From positions 1,050,001 to 1,082,000 of the forward strand of contig NZ_CP179200.1 of assembly GCF_051201565.1 (NCBI RefSeq): a stretch of 32,000 nucleotides of DNA. The letters are read 5' to 3'. A model generated the notes under the pieces. It made no database searches. It saw only the letters and a program-made list of their open reading frames with translations, and had not been told where the DNA came from. This stretch comes from Pseudothioglobus sp. nBUS_23 (GTDB taxonomy: Bacteria; Pseudomonadota; Gammaproteobacteria; PS1; Pseudothioglobaceae). Shown in pieces: positions 1 through 8,708 of the stretch. Each line of letters starts with the position of its first letter. The stretch's first letter is position 1. Made by a program: the position numbers and the translations under genes.

Positions 1-457
1 GTTTACAAGCCTGATGAGCGGTCTTATGCCAATGAATTGCGTCCTCCTCAAATCCATAGTATGGTGTCAAGTCAAAGCCTCCACCAAACCACCACAAAGG
101 CTCTTCGCCTTCATTTTCAGCTATAAAGAAGCGGACATTTGAATGTGTAGTTGGAACAAATGGATTTTCAGGATGGAACACAACAGAAATGCCCAGCGCT
201 GTATACTTTCTACCCTCTAGCTCAGGCCTGAGCTGTGTTGCTGATTTGGGCATCTTGTCGCCACTAATAATTGAGAAGTTGACGCCGCCTTTTTCAAATA
301 GACTACCATTAGAGATGACTCGAGTGATTCCACTTCCTCGTCCGTCATCTCTCTCCCATACATCATTATCAAAGCTTGATTTTGAGTCTAAATTTCCAAA
401 TTCTTCGCAAATATCATTTTGAAGATTTAATAGATACTTTTTAACTTGTTCTATCAT
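1..457 (-). CDS. hemF: Oxygen-dependent coproporphyrinogen III oxidase, N-terminal 152 codons (3' end lies beyond the window start)
   Basis: Absent from the supplied ORF track because there is no stop in the window. My reverse-complement translation from the ATG at 457-455 reads [21 protein letters not shown]...[24 protein letters not shown]...[54 protein letters not shown]. The [18 protein letters not shown] block is the HemF family hallmark. Confidence 0.9.
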   Translation of the reverse strand, partial: MIEQVKKYLLNLQNDICEEFGNLDSKSSFDNDVWERDDGRGSGITRVISNGSLFEKGGVNFSIISGDKMPKSATQLRPELEGRKYTALGISVVFHPENPFVPTTHSNVRFFIAENEGEEPLWWFGGGFDLTPYYGFEEDAIHWHKTAHQACK

Positions 458-509
458 TTTTTTTAGTTTATAAAAATTAAGCGTTTGTCATTTAAATGAA
501 TTTAAGTGT

Positions 510-1061
510 TTACCTTAAACGCTCCCCAGTCATTAAATTAATGATCTTTGAAGGTTCAGAATTATACCCAGTAGGAGGCAATACATAGTCTAGCTGATTA
601 CCAAAGTAGCTTTTTAATTCGCGCTGAGTTGAGGCAGCTTTTTTGCCTTGTAGATTTGCACTTGTTGAAATCAGAGCCGACTCAGTTTCCTCACAAAAAA
701 ACTTAATCAAAGGATTGGAAGTAATTCTCACAGCCAAAAGTTCATTTCCACCAGCTAATAATGGGGGCAATTCCTCTGACTTTGGCACTAAAAAAGTCGT
801 TGGACTTTCTGTAGGTAATGATAGCTGCTCTAAGAGATCTTCACTTATTTGAGAATCAATATAGGGCAGTAGGTAACCAATGTCAGAGGCAAGCAGAATG
901 AAACCTTTGCTAATATCTCTTTTCTTTAGTTCGATAATCTTTTGAATTCCAAATGAGTTATTAGCGAGACACCCAAGACCATAGATAGTATCCGTTGGAT
1001 GGGCTATAACTCCTTTTCTTAGATGATGGAGTGCCAGTCTAATTCTAGTATTGACTATCAT
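510..1061 (-). CDS. tsaC: L-threonylcarbamoyladenylate synthase (tRNA t6A, YrdC/TsaC type)
   Basis: 183-aa ORF with YrdC-fold motifs (HPTDTIYGLGC, LAVRITSNPL, ISTSANLQGK). Its ATG overlaps the xerC stop (ATGA at 1058-1061). tsaC-hemF adjacency is common in gammaproteobacteria. Confidence 0.88.
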   Translation of the reverse strand: MIVNTRIRLALHHLRKGVIAHPTDTIYGLGCLANNSFGIQKIIELKKRDISKGFILLASDIGYLLPYIDSQISEDLLEQLSLPTESPTTFLVPKSEELPPLLAGGNELLAVRITSNPLIKFFCEETESALISTSANLQGKKAASTQRELKSYFGNQLDYVLPPTGYNSEPSKIINLMTGERLR

Positions 1062-1972
1062 TTTTTGGCTCTTGGATGAAACTCATCATAAACTTTCGAT
1101 AATTCAAGAAAATCTAAGTGGGTATAGACCTGGGTACTTTTAATGCTCTTGTGCCCTAAAAACTCTTGAACAGTCCTCAAGTCATGACTTGACTGCAAGA
1201 AATGTGTGGCTGCTGCATGTCTTAGCAAATGTGGATGAACATTGATTGAGACACCTACTTGGAGGGCCCTTTTTTTAACAACATTTTGAACGGTTCTTGT
1301 TGAAATTCTTGTGTTTTTTTGATTAATGAATAAGGCATCTGAATTGCAGGTCGGCCTCTGTTTAATATAACGCTTCAAAACATCAATTGTTGTTTGGCCC
1401 ATTGGAGAAAATCGAGCCTTATTGCCTTTACCAATGACCTTTACAAAACCCTCATTCATATCAATATCTTCAAGATTTATTCCGACAAGCTCTGATACTC
1501 TGAGTGCACATGAATATAGCAACTCAATCATCAATACCGATCTTAACTCCTTATATTGAGATGAATTAATTGTCATCATTTTTTTTAAGTCATCAAAGTC
1601 GATAGTTTTCGGAAGCTCACGCTCCACTTTTGGTGTTTTAATTAAGAGGGCAGAATTTGTTTCTACTTCACCAATCTCCATAAGAAATGCAAAGAAAACT
1701 CTGATTGAGGACAAGTATCTTTTAATTGATTTTCCTGATGTGTTGCTATGCCTTAACTCCATGACAAACATATTAAGAGTATCAGGGTCAACCATTTTGT
1801 AATCAGAGACCTCTTTATCAATTAGAAATGATGTAAATTTCAATAAGTCTCTTTTGTAAGATGAAATTGTATTTAATGCATAGTTTTTTTCGATACTCAA
1901 GTGCCCAACAAAATCTTCAATTTGTTTCGATAAAATTACGTTTTTGTACTTGTTTTTTTCGTGATTGACCAT
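1058..1972 (-). CDS. xerC: Tyrosine site-specific recombinase, chromosome dimer resolution type
   Basis: 304 aa. The C-terminal catalytic block is HPHLLRHAAATHFL...LGHKSIKSTQVYTHLDFLELSKVYDEFHPRAKK, and the tail resembles XerC more than XerD. It is translationally coupled to tsaC and has no flanking att, tRNA or phage genes. Confidence 0.8.
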   Translation of the reverse strand: MVNHEKNKYKNVILSKQIEDFVGHLSIEKNYALNTISSYKRDLLKFTSFLIDKEVSDYKMVDPDTLNMFVMELRHSNTSGKSIKRYLSSIRVFFAFLMEIGEVETNSALLIKTPKVERELPKTIDFDDLKKMMTINSSQYKELRSVLMIELLYSCALRVSELVGINLEDIDMNEGFVKVIGKGNKARFSPMGQTTIDVLKRYIKQRPTCNSDALFINQKNTRISTRTVQNVVKKRALQVGVSINVHPHLLRHAAATHFLQSSHDLRTVQEFLGHKSIKSTQVYTHLDFLELSKVYDEFHPRAKK

Positions 1973-2009
1973 ATCTTTACATTTTACGTTAAACGATAGG
2001 GGATTTTGA

Positions 2010-3866
2010 ATGAGTAAAAAACAAACACATGAATTTCAAACTGAAGTCTCTCAGCTTCTTAACTTGATGATTCATTCTCTTTATTCCAATAAAGAGATTT
2101 TTCTCAGAGAGCTTGTTTCAAATGCTTCAGATGCAATCGATAAGCTAAAGTTTGAATCATTATCAAATGATAAGCTGCTTGAAGGCAAGCAAGAACCAAG
2201 CATTCAAATTGATGTCGATAAGGATGCAGGAACAATTACTATTAAAGACAATGGTATCGGGATGACTCAGGATGAGGTCATGGAAAATATTGGAACTATT
2301 GCTAACTCAGGCACACGAAAGTACTTAGAAAGTTTAGATAAAAATCAAACTCAAGACTCTAATCTAATTGGTCAATTTGGTGTCGGTTTTTATTCTGCGT
2401 TTATAGTTTCAAACACTGTCACTCTTCTCAGTAGAAAAGCTGGCGATGACAAAGCGAACGGAACCAAATGGACTTCAAAAGGTAAAGGTGAATATTCAAT
2501 TGAATCTGTTGAACTTGAGGATTACGGTACCACTGTAATACTAGATGTCAAGAAAGCTGAAAGTGAGTTTATAGATGGTTTCCGTCTTCGAGGAATTGTT
2601 TCAAAGTACTCTGACCATATTACAGTTCCAATAATGATGATTAAGCCATCAGAGGAAGATGAAACCGAGATTGTTTATGAAACAATAAATAAGGCAACAG
2701 CCTTCTGGATGCAAGACAAAAAAGAGCTCACCCAAAGCGACTATGATGAGTTCTATAAATCGCTTACGTATGATTTCGATGGCCCATTAACTCAAATCCA
2801 TAACAGAGTTGAAGGCAAGCTGGATTACACTTCTCTGCTATTCATACCTAAAAAAGCACCATTTGATATGTGGGAGCCCAAAAGAAAAGGAGGCGTTAAG
2901 CTTTATGCCAAGAGAGTTTTTATTATGGAAGGCAATGAGGAATTGCTTCCACAATATCTTCGATTCATTAAGGGCGTAATAGATACCGCAGATCTATCTC
3001 TGAATGTTTCAAGGGAGATTCTTCAAGGTAGCAAAGTTGTCGACACAATCAAAAAGGCGTCCGTAAAAAGAATCCTTTCAGAACTTGAAAAGATGTCCAA
3101 AAACAAGCCTGAAGATTATGCAACTTTCTGGAATGAATTTGGAATGGTCATTAAAGAAGGTGTTGTAGAGGACTTCGCCAACAAAGAGAAAATCTCAAAC
3201 CTACTAAGATTTTCATCTACTTCATCTGATTCTTCAGACCAAACAGTCTCTCTTAAAGACTACGTTGGCCGAATGAACAAAGATCAAAAAAATATATATT
3301 ATGTCACTGCCGACAACTATGATGCAGCAAAAGGATCGCCGCATCTTGAAATTTTCAAACAAAAAGATATCGAAGTTTTGCTCCTCTCAGATAGAGTTGA
3401 TGAATGGCTAGTTGCTAACTTTGGAGAATTTGAAGAGTTCTCCTTAAAGTCTATCGCCAAGGGAGACTTGGATGATCTTGACTCAAAAGAGGATAAGAAA
3501 AAGAAAGAAAAAACGGTTAAAGACTATGAAAAAGTAATCTCTAAGGCACAAGAAATACTTGATAATCAGGTCAAAGAAGTTAAAGTTTCAAGTCGTTTAA
3601 GTGAGTCACCTTCTTGTCTAGTTGCTGACGAAAATGAGTTAGGTGGCAATATGGAGAGGATTATGAAGTCACTTGGACAGGACGTCCCTGAGACAAAGCC
3701 AATTCTTGAGATTAACCCTACTCATCCGCTTGTTATGAAACTCAAAACAAAGGTCGATGATGATATTGTAAAAGTATTATTTGATCAGGCCGTACTGAGT
3801 GAGGGTGGTCAAATTAAGGAGCCCGCAGAGTTCGTTAAAAGAATGAATAAGTTGATGCTGGGTTAA
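2010..3866 (+). CDS. htpG: Molecular chaperone HtpG (Hsp90 family)
   Basis: 618 aa with GHKL ATPase motifs ELVSNASDAIDK, DNGIGMT and GQFGVGFYS. An AGGGGA Shine-Dalgarno lies 6 nt upstream of the ATG. Confidence 0.97.
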   Translation: MSKKQTHEFQTEVSQLLNLMIHSLYSNKEIFLRELVSNASDAIDKLKFESLSNDKLLEGKQEPSIQIDVDKDAGTITIKDNGIGMTQDEVMENIGTIANSGTRKYLESLDKNQTQDSNLIGQFGVGFYSAFIVSNTVTLLSRKAGDDKANGTKWTSKGKGEYSIESVELEDYGTTVILDVKKAESEFIDGFRLRGIVSKYSDHITVPIMMIKPSEEDETEIVYETINKATAFWMQDKKELTQSDYDEFYKSLTYDFDGPLTQIHNRVEGKLDYTSLLFIPKKAPFDMWEPKRKGGVKLYAKRVFIMEGNEELLPQYLRFIKGVIDTADLSLNVSREILQGSKVVDTIKKASVKRILSELEKMSKNKPEDYATFWNEFGMVIKEGVVEDFANKEKISNLLRFSSTSSDSSDQTVSLKDYVGRMNKDQKNIYYVTADNYDAAKGSPHLEIFKQKDIEVLLLSDRVDEWLVANFGEFEEFSLKSIAKGDLDDLDSKEDKKKKEKTVKDYEKVISKAQEILDNQVKEVKVSSRLSESPSCLVADENELGGNMERIMKSLGQDVPETKPILEINPTHPLVMKLKTKVDDDIVKVLFDQAVLSEGGQIKEPAEFVKRMNKLMLG

Positions 3867-3882
3867 AAGGCAACAACTCATC

Positions 3883-3912
3883 AAAAAAAAGCCCGTTTTT
3901 CGGGCTTTTTTT
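3883..3912. terminator. Bidirectional intrinsic terminator between convergent htpG and trmJ
   Basis: The sequence is A8-GCCCG-TTTTT-CGGGC-T7. The stem arms are 3891-3895 and 3901-3905, flanked by an A-run (3883-3890) and a T-run (3906-3912), so it reads as hairpin plus U-tract on both strands. It is the only canonical terminator I can see in the window. Confidence 0.8.
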
Positions 3913-3914
3913 AT

Positions 3915-4673
3915 TTATGGCTTGTATGGGTTGATCTTGTTGAGAATCCCTCGTAATATGGCAATCTCTTCTTTTTCAGGAATGCTTCTTCCAAAAAGCC
4001 TTCTAAGGCGTCTCATAAGTAGGTTTTTAGGTTTTTTAGAATCAAAATAGCTAATATGTTCAAGGACTTGCTCTAGATGTTTGTAAAACCCATTTAGGTC
4101 ATCAAATCCCGCAATGTCTTTTGAGGAGTTATCAAATTTTCCTTCTGAATTAGCAACAAAATTCTGATAGGCAAATACCTGAATCGCAGAAGCAACATTT
4201 AAAGAAAAGTATTCAGGGTTTCCAGGGATGGTCATTAAGATTGAACATAAGTCTAGCTCTTCATTGGTTAAGCCAGAGTTCTCGGTTCCAAAGACTATTG
4301 CCACTTCACTATCTTTTGAAACAAGTGTCGATTGAATTTCATTGCACGTTTCAATAACATTTAACTGCCTCCACTTGATGTTACGCTGCCTAGCGCTAGC
4401 TCCAATCACTAGGCTAACTCCTACCAAAGCCTCCTCAAGAGTTGAGCAGATTGTGGCGTTTGATAACACATCATCGGCTCCACTTGCCCTTGCAGTTGCC
4501 ACCGCAGAGGGGAAGTTTGATGGTGATACAAGATAGAGCTCACTAAGCATCATATTTTTCATTGCTCTAGCTGCAGCCCCAATGTTGCCTGGCTCGGTAG
4601 TATTCACCATGACAATCCTTACTTTATTAAAATTCGTCAAGGTATAATTCATTTCTTTATTTGTTTGGCTCAT
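3915..4673 (-). CDS. trmJ: tRNA (cytidine/uridine-2'-O-)-methyltransferase TrmJ (SpoU/TrmH class)
   Basis: 252 aa. The N-terminal block VRIVMVNTTEPGNIGAAARAMKNM and the C-terminal extension are typical of TrmJ. It is divergent from suhB as in E. coli. The start is ATG 4673 (AGGA about 10 nt upstream), and an alternative in-frame ATG at 4652 cannot be excluded. Confidence 0.88.
   Translation of the reverse strand: MSQTNKEMNYTLTNFNKVRIVMVNTTEPGNIGAAARAMKNMMLSELYLVSPSNFPSAVATARASGADDVLSNATICSTLEEALVGVSLVIGASARQRNIKWRQLNVIETCNEIQSTLVSKDSEVAIVFGTENSGLTNEELDLCSILMTIPGNPEYFSLNVASAIQVFAYQNFVANSEGKFDNSSKDIAGFDDLNGFYKHLEQVLEHISYFDSKKPKNLLMRRLRRLFGRSIPEKEEIAILRGILNKINPYKP
4619..4648 (+). promoter_or_regulatory. 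Candidate sigma70 promoter for suhB, embedded in the trmJ 5' coding region
   Basis: A perfect TATAAT lies at 4643-4648, 30 nt upstream of the suhB ATG. A weak -35 TTACTT lies at 4619-4624 with an 18-bp spacer. This is sequence match only. Confidence 0.35.
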
Positions 4674-4678
4674 TTAAG

Positions 4679-5479
4679 ATGCATCCTACCGTTAATATTG
4701 CAGTTAGAGCTGCCAGAGCAGCTGGTGATATTATTTTAAGGTATCACAATCAAGTCGATTTATTAACTATAGAAAATAAATCTGAAAATGACTTCGTATC
4801 TGAGGTTGACAAGACTGCCGAAAGTGCGATCATTAAAGAAATCAAGAAGGCTTTTCCTCAGCACTCAGTCCTAGGAGAAGAGAGTGGAAAAATGATTGGC
4901 GATAATGACTATCAATGGATCATTGACCCGCTGGATGGCACCACCAATTATCTTCATGGCTTTCCTCAGTATGCTGTATCGATTGCACTTATTGAGAAAA
5001 AAATTACTTCTCATGCTGTAATCTATGACCCCTTTAAAGAAGAACTCTTTACTGCATCAAAAGGTGAAGGTGCTTATCTAAACAATGAAAGGATTCGCGT
5101 AACCTCAACCAATGGCCTTAAGGACACACTTATTGGAACAGGCTTCCCTTTCAAGCATCCGCAACACCTCGACTGCTATATAGAAACTTTTAGAGCAATA
5201 CACCCGCACGTTTCTGGAATCAGAAGGGCTGGTGCTGCGGCATTAGACCTTGCTTATCTAGCAGCAGGAAGATTAGATGGCTTCTGGGAAATTGGACTTA
5301 ACTCATGGGATATGGCAGCAGGGGCTCTTATGGTTAAAGAGGCTGGAGGTTTTATAGGCGATTTTTCTGGAAGAGATAAGTACATGGAAACGGGAAACGT
5401 TGTTGCTGGTAACTCCGATGTTTACAAACAAATTCTAAAGAAAATCCATCCACACTTAACCCAAGACCTTCAGAGATAG
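4679..5479 (+). CDS. suhB: Inositol-1-monophosphatase family protein SuhB
   Basis: Motifs DPLDGTTNY and WDMAAG are present. The ORF-track start at 4661 is a TTG extension. The ATG at 4679 gives MHPTVNIAVRAARAAG, the conserved SuhB N-terminus. Confidence 0.93.
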   Translation: MHPTVNIAVRAARAAGDIILRYHNQVDLLTIENKSENDFVSEVDKTAESAIIKEIKKAFPQHSVLGEESGKMIGDNDYQWIIDPLDGTTNYLHGFPQYAVSIALIEKKITSHAVIYDPFKEELFTASKGEGAYLNNERIRVTSTNGLKDTLIGTGFPFKHPQHLDCYIETFRAIHPHVSGIRRAGAAALDLAYLAAGRLDGFWEIGLNSWDMAAGALMVKEAGGFIGDFSGRDKYMETGNVVAGNSDVYKQILKKIHPHLTQDLQR

Positions 5480-5480
5480 A

Positions 5481-6230
5481 TTAATCTGAAATGGTCAGCT
5501 GCTCTCCATTAATTTTTGGGCTAGAGCTAGACAATAAATAGGCAATTGCCTGACTTTTTTCTTCTGGTAATGGAACTTTTGTCGAATCTTCAGCAGGATA
5601 AGCCGCCCTTCTCATCTCAGTTCTCATCTTTCCAGGATTAACTGTATTAACGCTAATAGTAGTTTTTTCAAGCTCCTCAGAAAGCGTTTTCGCAAGGCTC
5701 TCAATTCCAAACTTACTAACGCTGTATGCTCCCCAGTATGCCCTAGCCTCTCTGCCAACAGTTGAGGACATAAAAATAACTCTAGCATCATCCGATTTTA
5801 AAAGAGCAGGAACAAGAAATTGAGTTAGCATAAAGGGAGCACTAAGATTGATTTGCAATGTGGAATACCACAGCTTTATATCGTAATGCTCAATTGGCAT
5901 TTGAGTGCCAAGAATGGACGCATTATGGACCAAGCCATCTAGCTTTCCAAATTGATTGAGCAGGTTGTCCTGAAGTTCCTGATAGTTTTCGGGAGTTGCG
6001 CCTTCTAAATCCAAAGGATAGAGGATCGGTTCAGTCAGTCCAGCATCCACTACAGCGTCATAGGCATACTCCAGCGATCCAAGGTCTCTACCCAGCATTA
6101 TGACTGTAGCGCCAGCTCTTGCTAGATCCATTGTAATTGCTAATCCAAAACCCCTATTTGCTCCAGTAACAAGAACAACCTTATCTTTAAACTCCTCTTT
6201 CTTAATAGTGTGTGCTCTCTCAATTATCAT
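5481..6230 (-). CDS. yciK: SDR family oxidoreductase, YciK-like
   Basis: 249 aa with TGANRGFG (TGxxxGxG), HNASILG and the YSVSKFGIE (YxxxK) catalytic motif. Overall collinearity with E. coli YciK is as I recall it. The ATG overlaps the rmuC stop (ATGA at 6227-6230). Confidence 0.7.
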   Translation of the reverse strand: MIIERAHTIKKEEFKDKVVLVTGANRGFGLAITMDLARAGATVIMLGRDLGSLEYAYDAVVDAGLTEPILYPLDLEGATPENYQELQDNLLNQFGKLDGLVHNASILGTQMPIEHYDIKLWYSTLQINLSAPFMLTQFLVPALLKSDDARVIFMSSTVGREARAYWGAYSVSKFGIESLAKTLSEELEKTTISVNTVNPGKMRTEMRRAAYPAEDSTKVPLPEEKSQAIAYLLSSSSPKINGEQLTISD

Positions 6231-7366
6231 TCACTGATTTCCTTATTCGACTTGACTCCAAGCGCTTTAAGCCTCTCAGCTCTGCTTATCAAGTTACCTT
6301 TTCCAGTAGATAGTTTATTTCGAGCACTTGTAAAACCCTCTTTAGTTTTTTCAAGTTGATTCTCAATCCTATCTAGATCCTCTACAAATAAAGCAAGCTT
6401 GTCATACATTCCTGCTGCTTGCCTGGCAATCTCATCCGCATTTTTATTTTGTTTATCGGTTTGCCACATAAAGTTAACAGTTTTCAAACTCATGCTCAGC
6501 ATTGACGGGGAAACCAGCATTATATTTTTCTTGAGTGCATCATCAAACAAACTATGCTTATGCTGGAGAGCAAGTAATAGCGCTCCTTCGATTGGAATAA
6601 AGACAAAAATGAAGTCTAGACTTCTAACTCCCTCAAGATTTTCATACTCCTTAATACTTATATTTTTAATCTGATTCTCGATTGAGGATATGTGCTTCTT
6701 AAGGGCTAACTCATTAGTTTGATCGGCTACATAATCTACATAATCTTTTAAAGACACTTTTGAGTCGATAACAACGTCCTTACCTTCAGGCAAATGGAGA
6801 ATGACATCGGGCTTGAATTTTTCACCCATCTCATTTTTGTACTGCTTTTGAAGATCAAACTCAACACCCTCCTGAAAGCCATAGCTTGAAAGCAGAGAGC
6901 TCAGTATTTCCTCACCCCAGTCTCCTTGAATTTTATTATCATAAGTGAGCGCTTCAGTTAAATTCTTTGCTGACTGCTGAGTCTCTATATTCGCTTCATG
7001 TAGCGATTTAATCTGCTCTTTGAGAGTTGTTCTCTCCTCAACCTGCTCCTTGGTAATTGTTTCAATTCTCTCCCTAAAGCTTTTGAGCTGAGTCTGAAGA
7101 GGTGTCAATAAATCAGAGTTATCTACCTTTAGTTTATCTCGATCGTTTTTTAATATATCTGATGCAATCGTTTTAAATTCATTGTTAACCTGGTTCTTTA
7201 GGTGATCAACAAGCTGAATTTTTTCAGCATAATTCTTGTCTTGTTCCTCTAGCTTTGTTTCAAGCTGAATATTTTTTTGAGATAGCTTAAAAAGCCTCTT
7301 ATTAAGAATATAAAAGCTAATTGCTGCACCAACTAAAAGCGAAATAATGCCTATTAGAATATTCAT
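6227..7366 (-). CDS. rmuC: DNA recombination protein RmuC
   Basis: 379 aa with an N-terminal TM helix (MNILIGIISLLVGAAISFYIL), a long coiled-coil region and a C-terminal RmuC nuclease-like domain (DVVIDSKVSL..., FVFIPIEGAL, MLVSPSML). Confidence 0.85.
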   Translation of the reverse strand: MNILIGIISLLVGAAISFYILNKRLFKLSQKNIQLETKLEEQDKNYAEKIQLVDHLKNQVNNEFKTIASDILKNDRDKLKVDNSDLLTPLQTQLKSFRERIETITKEQVEERTTLKEQIKSLHEANIETQQSAKNLTEALTYDNKIQGDWGEEILSSLLSSYGFQEGVEFDLQKQYKNEMGEKFKPDVILHLPEGKDVVIDSKVSLKDYVDYVADQTNELALKKHISSIENQIKNISIKEYENLEGVRSLDFIFVFIPIEGALLLALQHKHSLFDDALKKNIMLVSPSMLSMSLKTVNFMWQTDKQNKNADEIARQAAGMYDKLALFVEDLDRIENQLEKTKEGFTSARNKLSTGKGNLISRAERLKALGVKSNKEISE

Positions 7367-7487
7367 TCAGCGCTTACATGTTGGAAAATAGACAATTGTT
7401 TTGATGCATTCATAAAATAGACTTACCAGTGTTGACTAAAGTTAGTAAAATTTTAATTAAATTATAACGCTTAGACTTCTATAAGCC

Positions 7488-8192
7488 ATGTTACTTTTAA
7501 GATCACTATTGTACTTTGTTGGTTCAATTATTAGTTTAGTTTTGATCTCTTTTGTTGGCTTATTTCTAATTTTTACTGGCTACCCCACTCGTCAAAAATT
7601 TCTCTCGCAGTGGGCAATTTTTTGTATTTGGTGGCTTAAAGTAACTCTCAATATTACCACCGAGGTCATTGGCAGAGAAAATGTATTACAGGAACCATGC
7701 ATTATTATTTCAAATCATCAATCTACATGGGAGACGCTTGCCTTTCAAACTATATTCCCAGCACACACTTGGGTATTAAAGCGAGAGTTATTGTGGCTTC
7801 CTGTTTTTGGCTGGAGTTTAGCTCTATTGAACCCAATTATAATTAATCGAGGTGATAAATTAAATGCGATTAAAAAGGTTATTAGGCAAGGCGCAGATAG
7901 ATTAAAGAGAGGAATATCAATTGTTATTTATCCTGAGGGAACAAGACAGCCATACAAACAATTGGGTGCATATCAAAATGGGGGTAGCGCGATAGCAAAA
8001 AAGACTGGTTACAGTATTGTGCCTGTTTATCATAACGCGGGTAAACTATGGGCTAAGGGTGCATTTATTAAAAAACCTGGGGCTATAACCTTAGTTATCG
8101 GCAAGGCAATCTCTCCTTCTAATTTAAAACCTTCAGAGCTTACTGAGCAAATTAGGCGGTGGACCTTAGAGCAAGAAAGCAAATTTAATTAA
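7488..8192 (+). CDS. plsC: 1-acyl-sn-glycerol-3-phosphate acyltransferase
   Basis: 234 aa with an N-terminal TM segment. Acyltransferase block I is NHQSTWE (the known HX4E variant of HX4D) and block III is YPEGTR. Confidence 0.85.
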   Translation: MLLLRSLLYFVGSIISLVLISFVGLFLIFTGYPTRQKFLSQWAIFCIWWLKVTLNITTEVIGRENVLQEPCIIISNHQSTWETLAFQTIFPAHTWVLKRELLWLPVFGWSLALLNPIIINRGDKLNAIKKVIRQGADRLKRGISIVIYPEGTRQPYKQLGAYQNGGSAIAKKTGYSIVPVYHNAGKLWAKGAFIKKPGAITLVIGKAISPSNLKPSELTEQIRRWTLEQESKFN

Positions 8193-8204
8193 ATAGTTAA
8201 GAAT

Positions 8205-8708
8205 ATGTCTGAATTGAACTACAATCTTTTTCACCTAAGAACTGCAGAAAATATTAAGGCTGAACTAATAAAACTTAGAGAATCCCTTCTAAAAGGTGGG
8301 CAAAATAATGCAGAAATTCACTCTGATGTTCTATCAATTGAATCTCTGTTAGCAGATAATATTTTAGACTTTAAAGACCTTAATCCAAATAATAATCAGC
8401 TAAAAACTCGTAAGTATTGGCATGACTTCTTGACTGAAACTAAATATCTAAGTTTTAATGAATGTCTTTTGATCCTATTAGGGGTGAGTCCAAAACTCTC
8501 AAACATTATTGAACCAACGCTTTACAAAACTAAACTTAATGAAATAAAGAAACTTCAGGACAAACAACTAAGCTTAATTTTCTTTCAAAGAGTTGAAAAC
8601 CATCTTTTAAGGGAAAGATTTAGGAGTGATAAAATCAATACAGATGACTTTATTAAATGGGCACTTGACTACAAATATCTTAGAGAAATTAAGAACGAGA
8701 GCCCTTAA
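8205..8708 (+). CDS. Hypothetical protein, no family recognised
   Basis: 167-aa ORF starting with ATG, with no signal peptide or TM segment. It is predicted mostly helical and Lys/Leu/Asn-rich. It fills the plsC-rnt gap almost exactly. Whether it is coding is inferred only from length and fit to neighbours. Confidence 0.55.
   Translation: MSELNYNLFHLRTAENIKAELIKLRESLLKGGQNNAEIHSDVLSIESLLADNILDFKDLNPNNNQLKTRKYWHDFLTETKYLSFNECLLILLGVSPKLSNIIEPTLYKTKLNEIKKLQDKQLSLIFFQRVENHLLRERFRSDKINTDDFIKWALDYKYLREIKNESP

Noticed and set aside
189-422. 77-aa plus-strand ORF from the track.
   Set aside because: It lies antisense inside the clearly recognisable hemF coding region and has a low-complexity Ser/Leu/Pro composition. 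It is a shadow ORF.
488-499. Perfect 12-bp palindrome TCATTTAAATGA upstream of hemF.
   Set aside because: At this AT content I estimate on the order of tens of 6+6 palindromes per 32 kb by chance. It does not match the Fnr/Anr or Fur consensus convincingly.
1058-1972. The tyrosine recombinase as a marker of a phage or integrative element.
   Set aside because: The C-terminal block and tail look like chromosomal XerC. It is translationally coupled to tsaC (ATGA) and flanked by core genes (htpG, tsaC, hemF). There is no tRNA, att-like repeat or phage gene nearby.
1949-1974. Possible sigma32 heat-shock promoter for htpG (CTTGTT ... gaCCATAT) inside the xerC 5' end.
   Set aside because: Both elements are only partial matches to CTTGAA / CCCCATnT, and the spacer (about 12 nt) is shorter than I expect. 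TTGACC at 1965-1970 also lacks a usable -10. No promoter call was made.
6227-7366. RmuC (nuclease-fold protein) plus the adjacent SDR as a possible defence module.
   Set aside because: It has a standard single-copy RmuC architecture. The partner is a YciK-like housekeeping SDR. There are no helicase, methylase, ATPase or other defence-type neighbours.
7432-7469. TTGACT at 7432-7437 as a plsC promoter, and a minus-strand TATAAT (7461-7466) as an rmuC promoter.
   Set aside because: Neither has a partner hexamer at 16-18 bp spacing, so both are too weak to report as features.
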